From Lama guanicoe (taxonomy: Eukaryota): DNA of 64,000 nt. Under the pieces are notes generated by a model. That model was not told the origin of the DNA. It saw nothing but the letters and a program-made list of their open reading frames with translations, and ran no database searches. Of this stretch, positions 1 through 11,971 are shown one piece after another. How positions within the stretch are numbered: the first letter of the stretch is position 1; the number at the start of each line of letters is the position of its first letter. The DNA lies in assembly GCA_013239625.1 (NCBI GenBank), contig MU053379.1:4545229-4609228 (forward strand). The letters run 5' to 3'. Both the position numbers and the translations under genes were made by a program.

Positions 1-194
1 CCTAACTGGGCACCCCACCACCCCAGAGCTGTGCCCCTTAGAGCCAGGAGTGACTCTAATCTCTCAAACCCAAAGACCACAGTGGCGGTGGGGGGAGAAG
101 TAAAAACGAGGCTTGCTCCTAAGTAGGGGCCTAACTGTCAGGGAGGAGGCAGCACAACTAGAATGCTGCGGAGCAGCTGTGAACCCAAGGCCAT

Positions 195-262
195 CTGTTC
201 ATTCAAACGGTGTTTACTGAGCCCTTGCTGTGGCTCACACACAGTGTTAGATGCTGGAGACA
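195..262 (-). mobile_element. L2 LINE 3' end remnant
   Basis: TTCATTCAAACGGTGTTTACTGAGCCCTTGCTGTG...GTGTTAGATGCTGGAGACAC resembles the reverse-strand L2 3' terminus (from memory). Confidence 0.55.
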
Positions 263-1749
263 CACCTGAAGGCTCCCCGCCCTCCCGCCTTCCTGCTGCT
301 GCTCTGCTACCTCTCCGGGTTCAAGCCTTGTGTCTTCAACAGAACTTGAAGCTGAATAATGTCCTCTTAACCAGCCCTTCTGGGGCCGAAGAGGCTGTGG
401 CTCTAGGCTGTCATTTAGTTCTGTCTCTCAGCCTCCTTCTCTGTAAGTAAAATCAGGAACACCTCCCCTAGAGTCACGAGAACGAAATGAAAAGCGATTA
501 TATAGGAAACAAGGAAACTTCAGAGCAGCAAGACACCCACCCCTGCAGGCATGCAGGTCAACCCTCGTTCTCACTGAGTGCTGCTGGGACTCGGAGTTCT
601 GTACATTAAACCCAACGTCACCGTCTGGGGCTTTGTAAAGACACTGCAGTGTCACTACCGACCCAGAGATGCTAGTTCACCGTTTCCACTTAGCCGGCAG
701 CTAATTTTTTTTAATATTCCACACATTTCTCCCACTTAAGAGGAGGGTCGCCTACACTGAAGCGCCCACCCAGCTTCTAAATGCGTCCTGACACCGGAGC
801 GCCCGGATTCTCAGGAAGGCAGGCAAAGGCGAGCCCCGGGGAGCCAGAAGGCGGGGGGACGCAGCACACCGCGGGGACGCGCAGCACCGGCAGACCTCAC
901 CTGCGCACGGGTCCCGCCGCTCCGCAAGGAGGCAGTCAGTCCCCCAGCCAGCGCTCTGAACTGTAAACTCTGTCCCCGAGTCCCCCGCCGGCGGGTCCCG
1001 TTCTGGTGAGCCTGCTGCTTTAAACAAGAACCCTGCAGAAAGTCGGCCCAGGTTCCGTGAGCTGACACGCTCACGCGCGGGAGGAACCACAACCGCACCC
1101 AGCGGGTACCCGGCACGCGGGGCGCAGCCCGGCCCCACCGCGCCTCCCCGCCAGCCGAGCGGCCCCTTCACCGGAACCGGCTTCCTGGGTCCCCGGGCGT
1201 CACCTCCAAGGGGCCGCACTGCAAACTGTACGGGAGGGAGGACCCGGTACCGGGTCCGGTGCGGCTCGACGGGCTCGACCCGCTCCGCCCTGGCGCCACC
1301 TGCCGTGCGGACTCGCGGCCTCCGCCGGCCACTCGTCCCGGTGACCGGGCTTCCGCGGCCGCCTGCCGGCTGGAATCGGCGGATCGCAGGAGAACCGGGA
1401 ACGCGAAGCAGGAGCCCACGCCCACACGGTCTTCTCCGGCCCAGGGGCTTCCGCGCAGCCGCGAGGCAGCCGCGCCCCCCAGCGCCGGGGGCGGGACCTA
1501 CGAGGCTTTGCCCAATCAGAAGCCCCCTAGCCTCGGGCCGGCGTCTGTGACGCGGCTGGACCAATGAAGACTCGAGCGCGGGTTTGCTGTGGTCTTCTGG
1601 GAACGCGCCTCTCCCGGAAGCCACCTCCCAAGAGCCACACCTGGGCGACGCTAGCTTGTGATCTGCCGTCCCACCGGCTGTCAAAGCTGCCCGTCTGGGG
1701 CGGGGGCGGGACCAAGCGCTCGCGTCTGCGCGGAGCTGGCGGGCCGCGC

Positions 1750-2126
1750 GCGGGAACCCCCGGAGGAGCCGGCGAGACTCGCTCTGTCCCGGGAGGAGGG
1801 GGCGCGGCGGCGGGTGGCTCTCCCCAGGCCGCCTCGGGCGAGCGACGAGGGGCGCGGAGCCTCCGCGGGCCCGGCCCAACCGTCAGGGTTCTCCGTGGAT
1901 CCGCGGCCCGCGTGACTGGAGCCGCCCACACGACCCGGGTCATTTTCCCTAGGCGGACCGACCTGAGGCCCCCGCTGACCCGGATCATCTTCTCCTCGCC
2001 GACCCGTGGCCACTGGAACCGCCCACACTGACCCGGGACTTCACGCCGACCTGGGGTCGGCCCGTTGACCGGAGTCATTACCCTCACGCTGACCAAGGCC
2101 GCGGCCCCGCCGTCATTCCCGCGCAG
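1750..2126 (+). other. NXT1: NXT1 non-coding exon 1 (start approximate), donor CAG|GTAGGT at 2126/2127
   Basis: First strong donor downstream of the promoter elements. NXT1 has a 5' UTR exon plus one coding exon. Confidence 0.6.
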
Positions 2127-2667
2127 GTAGGTGAACCGCACAGGTAGGTGCCCCCGCGCAGGTTAGGTGCCCCGCGCAGGTAGGTGCCCCGCGCAGGTTA
2201 GGTGCCCCGCGCAGGTAGGTGCCCCGCGCAGGTTAGGTGCCCCCGCGCAGGTTAGGTGCCTCCGCGCAGGTTAGGTGCCCCGCGCAGGTAGGTGCCCCGC
2301 GCAGGTTAGGTGCCNNNNNNNNNNNNNNNNNNNNNNNNNNNNNNNNNNNNNNNNNNNNNNNNNNNNNNNNNNNNNNNNNNNNNNNNNNNNNNNNNNNNNN
2401 NNNNNNNNNNNNNNNNNNNNNNNNNNNNNNNNNNNNNNNNNNNNNNNNNNNNNNNNNNCCCCGCGCAGGTTAGGTGCCTCCGCGCAGGTTAGGTGCCCCC
2501 ATGCAGGTAGGTGTCCCGCGCAGGTTAGCTGCCCCAGCGCAGGTTAGGTGCCCCGCGCAGGGTAGGTGCCGCCCCCGCGCAGGGTAGGTGCCACCCCCGC
2601 GCAGGTAGGTGCTCCCGCGCAGGTTAGGTGCCCCTTGAAGGTTAGATGCCCCCGTGCAGGTAGGTGC
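2118..2667 (+). repeat. GC-rich minisatellite, 17-19 bp unit CCCCGCGCAGGT(T)AGGTG
   Basis: About 11 units before and about 11 after an N gap. Units degenerate toward the 3' end. Confidence 0.95.
2315..2458. other. Assembly gap (144 N) inside the minisatellite
   Basis: Run of N. Confidence 1.
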
Positions 2668-4349
2668 AGGCCCCCTGACCGCGGCCGCCCGCGCAGTGAG
2701 ACGTCTCCTGGCCTCGAGGCAGGTCTTGGGCGGGTCGAAGCGCCGCAGGAACGGCCCCCTCCCTGCCGACTCCCAGACGGCGGCTGGTTGAGCTGCGTGG
2801 GTGGAGGCGGAGGACCGAGGTGCTGGGAAACCGCGCGGACGCCGGGTGGTGGGGAGCTCCAGTGAGGGAGACAGGGCCGCAGGGGGAAATTACAGACTAG
2901 TGGTCCGGACCGTGCGCGCACGGACTTGACCTCGGAAGAGCAGGAGCCAGTGAGAGGGTCACTCTGTTTTTGTAGACGGCAGATCCGGGCGGAGCCGACC
3001 CTGGACCCTCATCCACACTGCGTTTTCACTTCTCATTAGTGAAGTTGTTACGGTAACATCCCCTCTCGGTGACCATTGAAGGACGCGGTGCCTGTAAATC
3101 GCTAGGAAAGTCGAGATCGGAGTGAGAGTGTGCAGGAGTTGGACTTGAGGTCCGCTGAGGAGCTGGCAGGGCCGGGTCCTCACCTGGCCCCGACCCCACA
3201 CTCCTTTCTAGGACTCAGCTCCTGCCCAGCCTCTCCAGTTCTCCCCTAGAGGCACTGGCCTCCTAGTTCCTCAGCTCGTAGGAGAGCCCAACTCCTTCCC
3301 AGCCCTGCCTGCGATCCTTCATCCTTCCCATAAGCCGATTTTTTTTTAAAGCAAAGGTTTTTGAAATGAAAAAAAATTCAGTATTTAAGTCTGTAAATCT
3401 AAGCACATCCAGTATTTTAGTAATGTTGCCCTTTGTTGGATTTTTGTTTAGTGAAGTTTTAATCACACAAAAAGAATACAGCTATGACGGTTGTACCATA
3501 TGCTGAAGAAAAACAAATAATAATATTTCTGTATGCTTCAGGACTTTTTTTTAAGGAAATGTGATATTTGAGCTACAATTGAAATTCTTTTTTGCTGCCA
3601 TCACCTCTTCACTCCCCACCCCATAGGACGTCTTCCATCTGACCTGTCTTCCATGGGCTCAGGGGACATCCCTGTGCTCCCAGAAGCTGCGCATCCTCCC
3701 TTCTCATCCCAGCCCGCTGCCAGCTTTGCTTCCTAGAGCCCCTCGTGGGGGTTGTGGCTCCACCTTGGTCCTGTCCTGCCCCTGTGGCATTTGTTTTCTT
3801 AAGCCGGCCTTCTCTTCACCCTCCCAGTGCCTGTGGGTGCCCTCCCAGCAGGCCGTCACCAGATGATGAGCTGTGCCGTCTGATTGGCCTGGATTGGGCC
3901 ACTGTTCCTGCCCCGTGCTGCACTGTCTTTACCCGGGATAAACTGCTTCCCTGCTTCTCAGGGGCAGTCACACCTGTCCCAGGCCTACAGGAGAAAGTGG
4001 CATTCCATACTGTAGCTTATGAGATGAGATTGTGGAAATTCACAGTGACAGCTTCCATCTCTGGGCGTCAGGCTCTTTAACCGCGTGCGCGGCATGCAGT
4101 CTTGTGCCGCCTGCGCGGTGGTGCCCAAGTTGGGGTGGCCCGTGTAGCAGGAGCGACTGAGGCTGGGTGGGGCCTCGCATTGGCATCGGCACACACCTGG
4201 GTGGTCTCCCCACAGAGCAGCAGGATGTCCTTTGCAGGGCAGCATGCACGGTGACATTCACACAGGCCTCTTCACCCTTCCTGCCCTGCAGCCCAGCGCC
4301 CTCGGGTGCAGGGAGCATCTGGGCGGAGGCCTCCTCCTGTGGACCAGAG

Positions 4350-4772
4350 ATGGCGTCCGTGGACTTCAAGACCTACGTGGACCAGGCCTGCCGCGCGGCG
4401 GAGGAGTTCGTGAACGTGTACTACAGCACTATGGACAAGCGGCGGCGCCTGCTGTCCCGCCTGTACTTGGGCACGGCCACCCTGGTGTGGAACGGGAACG
4501 CCGTCTCTGGACAGGAGTCCTTGAGTGAGTTTTTTGAGATGCTGCCTTCCAGCGAGTTCCAGATCAACGTGGTGGACTGCCAGCCCGTTCACGACGAAGC
4601 CACCCCGAGCCAGACCACCGTCCTTGTGGTGATCTGTGGGACGGTGAAATTCGAGGGCAACAAACAGCGGGACTTCAACCAGAACTTCATTCTGACCGCC
4701 CAGGCCTCGCCAGGCAACACGGTGTGGAAGATCGCCAGTGACTGCTTCCGCTTCCAGGACTGGGCGTGCTAG
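4350..4772 (+). CDS. NXT1: NTF2-related export protein 1 (p15), 140 aa
   Basis: [25 protein letters not shown]...[13 protein letters not shown]. Kozak GAGATGG. Acceptor CCCTGCAG| at 4291 upstream. Confidence 0.98.
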   Translation: MASVDFKTYVDQACRAAEEFVNVYYSTMDKRRRLLSRLYLGTATLVWNGNAVSGQESLSEFFEMLPSSEFQINVVDCQPVHDEATPSQTTVLVVICGTVKFEGNKQRDFNQNFILTAQASPGNTVWKIASDCFRFQDWAC

Positions 4773-4933
4773 TGGGGGCAGGGCGACACCCCCAGCCTGC
4801 ACTCTGCCCTCGCCCGAGTCCAGGGGCCCCTTTCTGGGCACGTGCGTGTTTGTCATAGATGCCTTTTCAAAATAGTAAGATTCTCTATTTTTCTACTTGC
4901 CCAGTAGAGACCCTGGTTCTGGAAATTCTGATG

Positions 4934-4939
4934 AATAAA
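4934..4939 (+). terminator. NXT1: NXT1 polyadenylation signal AATAAA
   Basis: AATAAA about 160 nt after the stop, followed by GT/T-rich sequence. Confidence 0.8.
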
Positions 4940-7900
4940 ACAGTGAGTGTTGCTTCTTCCTCTCTCCTGGTGTGTCCGGGAGGTTGTGGGCGGGAGGAGG
5001 AGGTGCGCAGGCAGCAGTCCCAGCAGAAGGCATTGCAGACCGAGGCTGAGATCCAGGGTGGAGCACCTCGCGGAGGCCCAGGGGCGCCCCCGGGGGCACA
5101 GAGCCGGCTCACGGCCCCTCACACTGGAATCCCTCGAGGCACTCTGAAACACCAGGCCCCTACACCGACTGGCATGAGGGTGCCTGCCCCCTCCCCCCAG
5201 GCCAGAGCCACTCCATCTGGTGCGTTATTAAAGGGAAACACCTGTGCCCGTGGTGATGGTTGACTGCAGGGCTGTGTGGGGCGGGCCCCGGCCGCCAGTT
5301 TCCCTGGTAACTGATGAGCCAACCTGATGTCAGTTCTCCTGTAAATGGGCGCCGCCTCCCCCCGCCGGCTGCGGCACACAGTGGAGTGTCCCTCTAGGAC
5401 CTCGCGTCAGACATGTAAGCACCCCTGTCCACTAAGCCCCTGACATCGCAGTCACTGCCTCCGGCCCCTGTGGTCCCTTGGCTGGGCATCCACAGGGCTT
5501 GCCGGCCTGCGGGGCACTGCCCAGCAGAGGCTGATTCGGCAGGAGCTGCTGCTGGACTTCAGGCTCAGAAGCCCCCTGTGAGGGGTGGGGTGGGATGCCC
5601 CCTTCTCATCTCGGGCCTGGGTGGGAGGCAAGTCCCACCAGGACTCGGCTCAGAGCGAAGTCCCTGGGGCCTGAAGGGCTGCCTGAGAAGCTTCAGGCCA
5701 GCAGCTGTGGGCGTCCCTGAGGGCAGGAGGGAAGTCAGAGTGCAGACCTCCAGGGGCTCCTCGTGTCCACCAGGCCCTCCTTCCGGACTAGAAGGAGGGT
5801 TTGCAGTCGGGAGAGCTGTCAGATGAAAGACCGCCTCCCCCAGACCACCGAGCTAGCCTGGCTCTGCGACTCCGACGGAGGAGGACAGGCTGGGCAGGGG
5901 AAAGACTTGGGGGAGCCAGCCTCTCTGTGCTCCTTGTCTTCTGTTATTTGGAAAGCAGGTGAGAGGGTAGATGTTCTGGCAGCCCTTTTGGGCTGTGAGC
6001 CCCATTGGGCCACATGAAAGGGACGGAGGAAAGGAAAGCAGGTCAACCTCAGGGAGTCCCCACCAGCCTTTGGTGACCACCCTCACCCCCAGCTTCTCTC
6101 AGGGGAGTAAGAAGCACGTCCACCTGACTGAAGCCGCTACTGTCTGGGGGCCTGTTTACAATCAGTGCCAAGATGGAGGAAAGAGTGTGAAACAGGACAG
6201 GACTCTCTCCTTCCTGTGTAAGGCGCCCTTACACACCAGTGGGAGAAATCAGACAAAAAGGGCAACAGAACAAGAAAATGGGAAACCACAAAAATATGCA
6301 TGGAGGTGGAGCGGGAGAAAGGGAGGCGATGCGGCACTAGCGAGTCACGGTAGTGGAAGCAGGCGCGGTGTTAGCCGTGGACACGGGCCTCCAGCTGTTA
6401 CCCACCAGGGTCCTTGGACTCCTTAGTCAATAGAAGTTGACAAGAGGCCGGGCGAGGGATTCAGGCGAGGCTTTCCTGGGGCCCGTGCCGCAGCAGACGG
6501 AGCGAGAACAAGTGACAGGCGCCCCTGCTCGCTCCCCGGGGTCAGGGGCAAGTGAGCTGGTCCTTAAATGGGGGCGGGTGGGGACAGGTCCAGGGCTCGT
6601 GCGGGAGGGGTGGCTCAGGTGGTCGGCACCACCAAGGGGTGCGCAGGGATCACGCCCAGCACCACAGAAGTGGCAGTTGGGTTCTTGGTCTTCCTGTATC
6701 TTGTTCACAGTGGGCCCCAGCTGCACATGCACGCAGTTATTTTTAGTCCCTTGTAGTTCCTTTGTGTTCTGTTTCTCCAGGGGAGTCTGTCCAGGTGCGG
6801 GCCCTGCAGCCAGGGGTCCCGGGTCCCAGCCTGTCTCACATCCAGTCCTCCCCGGTGGGTATCATCTAACTGATGGCAGAAGGTACCATCGCCCAGCAGA
6901 CTGGCCAAGGCCAGGAAACCCCAATCTCCCCAGCAGATTGGGACCTCGGGGGCAACTGGTCTGCACGATGGGAGATGGTGGGAAGTGGGGTCGGGCATTT
7001 GGGGGAGCAATTTCCTGGGAGAAAGCGGGGAAGGGGTGAGGTGCCCCCAGCAGGGGAGGGGGTGAGATGCCGCGTCCCTGCCTCTAGCCCAGAGAGAAGG
7101 GGCGTTAACAGGATCTGCTGAGCCTGACGGGCCCCCACTGGACACAGCCTGCAGGGACCACTGTCCCCGGGCTGTGCGTCCCCGGGGCAGGCTGGGCAGG
7201 GTGGGTCCTGCTGCCGTGTCGGGAGGGCTCCCACTCCCTATGACAGAGCAGAGGGGCCTGACCCCAGGGACCAGATGGAGAGTTGCGGGACAGAGGACTG
7301 CTGTACCGGGGCAGCTTGTGCTTAGGGGAAGCCCGGGTTGGTTTCCTGGGCTGAGACGCAGGCCTGAGTGAGGAGCCTGGCCTGAGGGGTCTCTTGGGTG
7401 CTGGGTGACTGGGCCCCTGGGAGAGGCTGAGAAGCAGGTGGACAGATTCTCAAGGGCTCCTGGAGCTGCTCAGGGAGCGAGAGCCCCCCAGAGCAAGAGG
7501 TCTTGTTCTAAAGCCGGAAGATCTCAGCAGTGTTGGGGCCTCAGAAAGCCCACTCAGGTGGCCCAGGAGAGAAGGCCCCAGGTTGAGGGACAGCCAACTC
7601 CTCCCCTCCAAAGGCTCACGGCTAAGAAACTCGGGTGACAGAGGGCGCAGGGGCCAGGAGGGTGCCGGCCCGGCTGAGGGGTCCAGGCATTCAGCCTCCC
7701 CTCGGCGTGCGGGGCTCTGGGGGATGTGGGTGAATGCAGGCCTTTCCCGTCTGCCAGTGAGCGCCAGGCGTCAGCAGGGCACCCTCGAAGAGCTCATCAG
7801 ACAGCACTTGATCTGTGGGTCGCTGCCTGGCGGACCGACCGCCCTGGTCTGCCCAGGGCTGGGGGTTCCTGGATGGGTTTTTAAAGCTAAGATCGAGAAA

Positions 7901-10394
7901 GGCCCAGGAAAACTGGGCGGTCACCCTACTTCAGCCGAGTTTATGCTGCACACCAGTCGACTCTCAACAGCATGGTGGCCTCTGGAAACAGGGAAGGAGG
8001 GGCGTGTGGCAGGACCACTAGTGCTGGGAGCAGGCGCAGCAGGCTGTCCCACTGGGCCCGGTGGGCGGACGTGCCCCCAGCCACACGGGACCCGCTGAGC
8101 ACTTGAAATGTGGCTCCTGTGACTAGGTGCTGGGCTTATACGTCGTCGTTCTAGTTAACTGAAGTCAGAACAGCCACAGGGGGCATTGGTTCCTACTGTC
8201 GCGGTGCAGAGATGAAGGAGGATGCTGGTCCGGAGCCTGGCAGTCACAGGGGACACCAGCGCCTTTTCAGCTGGAATGTGTCTCTGAAGCGACCAGGTTG
8301 ATGTGAAGTGCAGACCCCGACGCCCGTTGGGCTCCACAAAGGCGAGGCCGGAAAGACCCTGGTCCTCGACGCCCCCGATAGCGTCAGGGCCTCCCCTGCT
8401 TCTTCCCTGAAATGAGGCACCGCGTGGGCTTGCGGCTGCCCTGAAGCAAACGCGGGGGAGCTCAGACCCAGGCGTGAAGAGCGCCCCGGCCAGGCCACCA
8501 AGGCCACTCTCTCTTGCTGGTGAGCTGCCACCTCCCGCTTCCAGGCGGAAGGTGAGCCAGGTGGCCCCCAGTCTCGTTCTCCCTGACTTGGCGCGAGCAC
8601 TGTCCTCCAGCAGGCCCGGTGGGGGCGGAAAGGGTGAGGCTTCCCCTGCACCTCCCGCTTGAGCCTGAAGACAAACTGTTTCAGTTTCCCTAAGGAATGG
8701 TGTGCAGGTGAGTGTGTGCGCCTGCGTGTGCGCTCCCATGCCACTGTGGCCCCTGGGGTCCCCCCAGGTGTGCCCTACCCCAAACACTCCTCCATCACCC
8801 CCAACCAAATGCACAAGCCTGCACAAGTGGTGTTTTTATTCAGGATTTCAGAACCAGGGCCTTCTACATGGCAAAGCAAACAGGTGGGTCAGGGGGACCG
8901 ATCGTGATGTCAGCAGTCCTGCTGCCAGGATTCAGGTGGCCCAGCAGCCCCACCCGCTGTCAGGAAAACCTGCAGACCACATGGAAAGCGCTCCCGCAAC
9001 CCCACCGCCACCCTGCAACCTAGAGCGACCCTGCCAAACCTCCCGTCCACACGGTCAGACCAAGGAGCCTTCAGAGTGAAGGTATGCTGGGCGGCCTCCC
9101 GCTTCTGGGTGCTTGGAGGCTGGCAGTGGACTGCACTGACATGGAATGAGCTGGAAGGCAGGCAGCGGGAAACCTGGTTCAGGGCCTTCTGCCCCACATC
9201 AGCGGGGGCTCCTCCACACAGCAGGGTGGCTTCTCATCCGTGCTGGGCAGTACACACTGGCCAGCTCGGCAGCCCTGCACGCCGGCTCATGGCATTTCCT
9301 GAAACACAACAAAATGTCACACTCTTGGCCTGGATGAAGTGGCGGAAAAGCTTCCATCTCAGGACCCGGGGAGCTGCAAGCTCAGAGGGGAGCAGAACTG
9401 CAGGCCCCGGAGACTCACCCCGGTTCCAGACGCGCCCCAGGGACCCGCTAGAGCAGGACAACCACCTGGGCACTGGTAAGGGATGCAGGCTCTCAAACCA
9501 ACTGTCCACGCGGTCCTGATTCCTAGTAAGGCTGGAGGGCCACCGCTTTAGAGGAACAGCCTCCTCTTCTGTCGCTGGAAGACTGTGACGTCGGAGGAGC
9601 ATGCAGGTCAACCCCTGGGCGTTGCGGAGGCAGGAACTGGGCTGAGATTTCAGCCACTGCTCAGTGTCTGCAAGCCTCACGTTCCTCGTCTGCACAGTGG
9701 GAGAAGTATCACACCTGGGAAGCCTGAGTGCAGGGTCAGGCCAGAGCCTGCTGCGTGGATCATGATCAACTCAAGACAGGAGGATCAATGTGCACCTTTC
9801 AAGCTTGGAATAGACCACATTCAGAAGCTTCTGCACACAGGACAAAGATAACTTCTGAACCAGATAAGAGTCTATAGGTCAGTAAGGCTTAGCAAAGTGG
9901 AGACTCGGGAAAGGATCCTAGCACACACACCGCAGAGGTGCACGTGGCCTCGCTACCGGACAGGGTGCTCACCCAACCTCAGTTTTTAAAGGCATGTTAC
10001 AAAGGACAACCACAGTAGATGTGGCAGTTTCCCTGAAGCCCCCCTTTGTTAACACATTTTCAAAGGACTGAACCCCTGCTCATCTCTGGGTAGACCTCCT
10101 AGTGGGTCTCGGGTAATCCTACTGCCCTTGCGAGAGCGAAGGTTCCAGGCTCGGGCACAGCAAACAGAACTGAAGAGCAGAGGGGAGAGGGAAGTTGGGT
10201 TCCAGGCAGTTCTGATGCACTGTTGGACTAATCCCACCCCAAAGCCCAAACCCCACCTCCAGTCTCGAGTCAGCAACGCCCAGTAACAACAGTTTGATGG
10301 GCCTTTCTGCAAACTGCAGTCAAAGTCGCCTAACAGGTAGGAACCGCCACTTTGCATCATTCATAGTGATAGCGGACGAGAACATACTGCTGTA

Positions 10395-10700
10395 CCCCAC
10401 GCTGGCCAGGGTCCAGGAGAAGGAGCATTCCTGCTCAGCTGTTCGGGGCGGTGACTGCACAAGCTCTTCTGAGAGCAAGTGACACAATTCAGGCCCTTAT
10501 TGCTGTGGTTCCGTTTCTAGGGATACATACTTTGCAAGTGCAACTGCTTGTACGTAACCTTTATACAAAATGATTCATCACAGGGTCTTTGTGGTAATAG
10601 TCAAAGCACCCTAAACGTCCATCAATGAGATTAAACAAGTTGTAATGTTTCTACAGAGTGGCTTACTGTGCAGCCTTGAAAATGCCATATGATTGTGAAA
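10395..10700 (+). mobile_element. Old L1M 3' region fragment
   Basis: ...ATGATTCATCACAGGGTCTTTGTGGTAATAGTCAAAGCACCCTAAACGTCCATCAATG resembles the L1 ORF2 end / 3' UTR. Confidence 0.55.
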
Positions 10701-11299
10701 CAGTCTTCCAGATTCTTTGGTAGTCAGAAGAGTTCAAACTCTTTGTAGAATATCAACAATAGTTGTCCCAAGCATCGAGAAAAACGTCCCAAGAACTGCT
10801 CAAGGTACTTTGCACTATTTCCAACCTCATTTTAGAGATGAGAAATTAATTAGTGCTTTAAAAAAAGAAGGATTCCATACAGGCTTGGCTCTGTATGCAC
10901 GACCTTCTGGAAGGACTGGCAAAAACGTAAGGATGGCTGTCCTTAGAGATTAGGTTCTCGATTTTCACTGAGGAGACAAGGCATTTGCTGCAACCATTTG
11001 CTCGTAAACTTCATTTAAAAAAAAAAAAGACACAGTGCACAGATTTAAGTCTTACTGTAGAATCAGAAATGCGTTTCTGTAGCCAGAAATAAAGGGCTTT
11101 CAGGGTGCGGGCATGGCGAGGAGTGGCCTTTCTCCCCACAGTCTCCAAGTAGATGCTTCTCTGAAACATACTGGAGCCTCCTCAAAACGGGTACGTTTTA
11201 AATATTGGAAGAACCACCAGCTACCCTTGTGGGAAGTTCAACCCGGGCAGTTTGCCCAGACTCCGGCAGGTGAGGCCTGTGCCAGGCGCAAAGTCGTGG

Positions 11300-11600
11300 C
11301 TGGGCCCCAGCTGCCCTCAGACGCTGGTCTGACGGCCGGGGGCGCGAGCGGCGGCACCGCGCAGCCCCGGGCCCCGACCAGCCCGAACCGGCCCCGCGGC
11401 CACCAGCCCGAGGTCCGCACGCCGAAGTGCCCGCGCTTCCGACCCGCAAGCAGGGCGGCGGCATCACCATCCCGCGACCGCGCAGGACCAATCGGAGGAC
11501 GGCGTGACCGCCAGTGGGCGTGAGCGCCTGAGGAGCCGGGAGGGGCGGGGCTGGGGGCGGGGCTGGGGCTGCGCGGGCAGCTTCTGCGCTCCTGCCCCTG
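11300..11600. promoter_or_regulatory. Small orphan CpG island with CCAAT and GC boxes
   Basis: CpG-dense. GGACCAATCGG at about 11486, tandem GGGGCGGGGC at 11542-11570. No adjacent coding exon. Confidence 0.65.
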
Positions 11601-11971
11601 CGGTTTAGAACTTGCCGAAGGGTGGTCCTTCAGGTGTGCGTCCATACGTTTGCTTGTAAATGCGATCGTCTCCTGAGTACAAAGCATACCTTCTTTACTC
11701 ACTATCACATGGTGAGCATTTCCCCAGGAAATTCCACATTTTCCCAGCTTCACTGAAGTATAGTCGAGTCTGTACTTGATGACTTGATAACTGTATATAT
11801 TCTGAAGTGATCAAAAGTTTCATTAGACATTTTTGAAAACATCATTTTAATGACTGCACAGTAAACCAGTGCATTGGCATATTATAATTATTCGGTCATC
11901 TCCTTGTGGGCGAGTAGGTTTTCTTCAGTTTTTCACCAATGTATTACCTGAAAATTCCTCATTCTCACTTC

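Larger units (their letters stand above)
800..2930 (+). promoter_or_regulatory. NXT1: CpG island / NXT1 promoter
   Basis: CpG-dense. CCAAT boxes at 1512 and 1561, ETS motif CCGGAAG at 1614, GC boxes at 1697-1710. Boundaries are approximate. Confidence 0.85.

Noticed and set aside
752-1879. 375-aa minus-strand ORF and overlapping ORFs
   Set aside because: Arg/Pro/Gly/Ala-rich shadow of a CpG island that lacks stops because of GC content. No domain recognisable.
2118-2667. Regular short repeats as a CRISPR array
   Set aside because: Head-to-tail units with no unique spacers, no cas genes, and a mammalian context.
4167-4349. N-terminal extension of NXT1 in the ORF track
   Set aside because: Opens at GTG inside the intron, upstream of the acceptor at 4291. 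The true ATG is at 4350.
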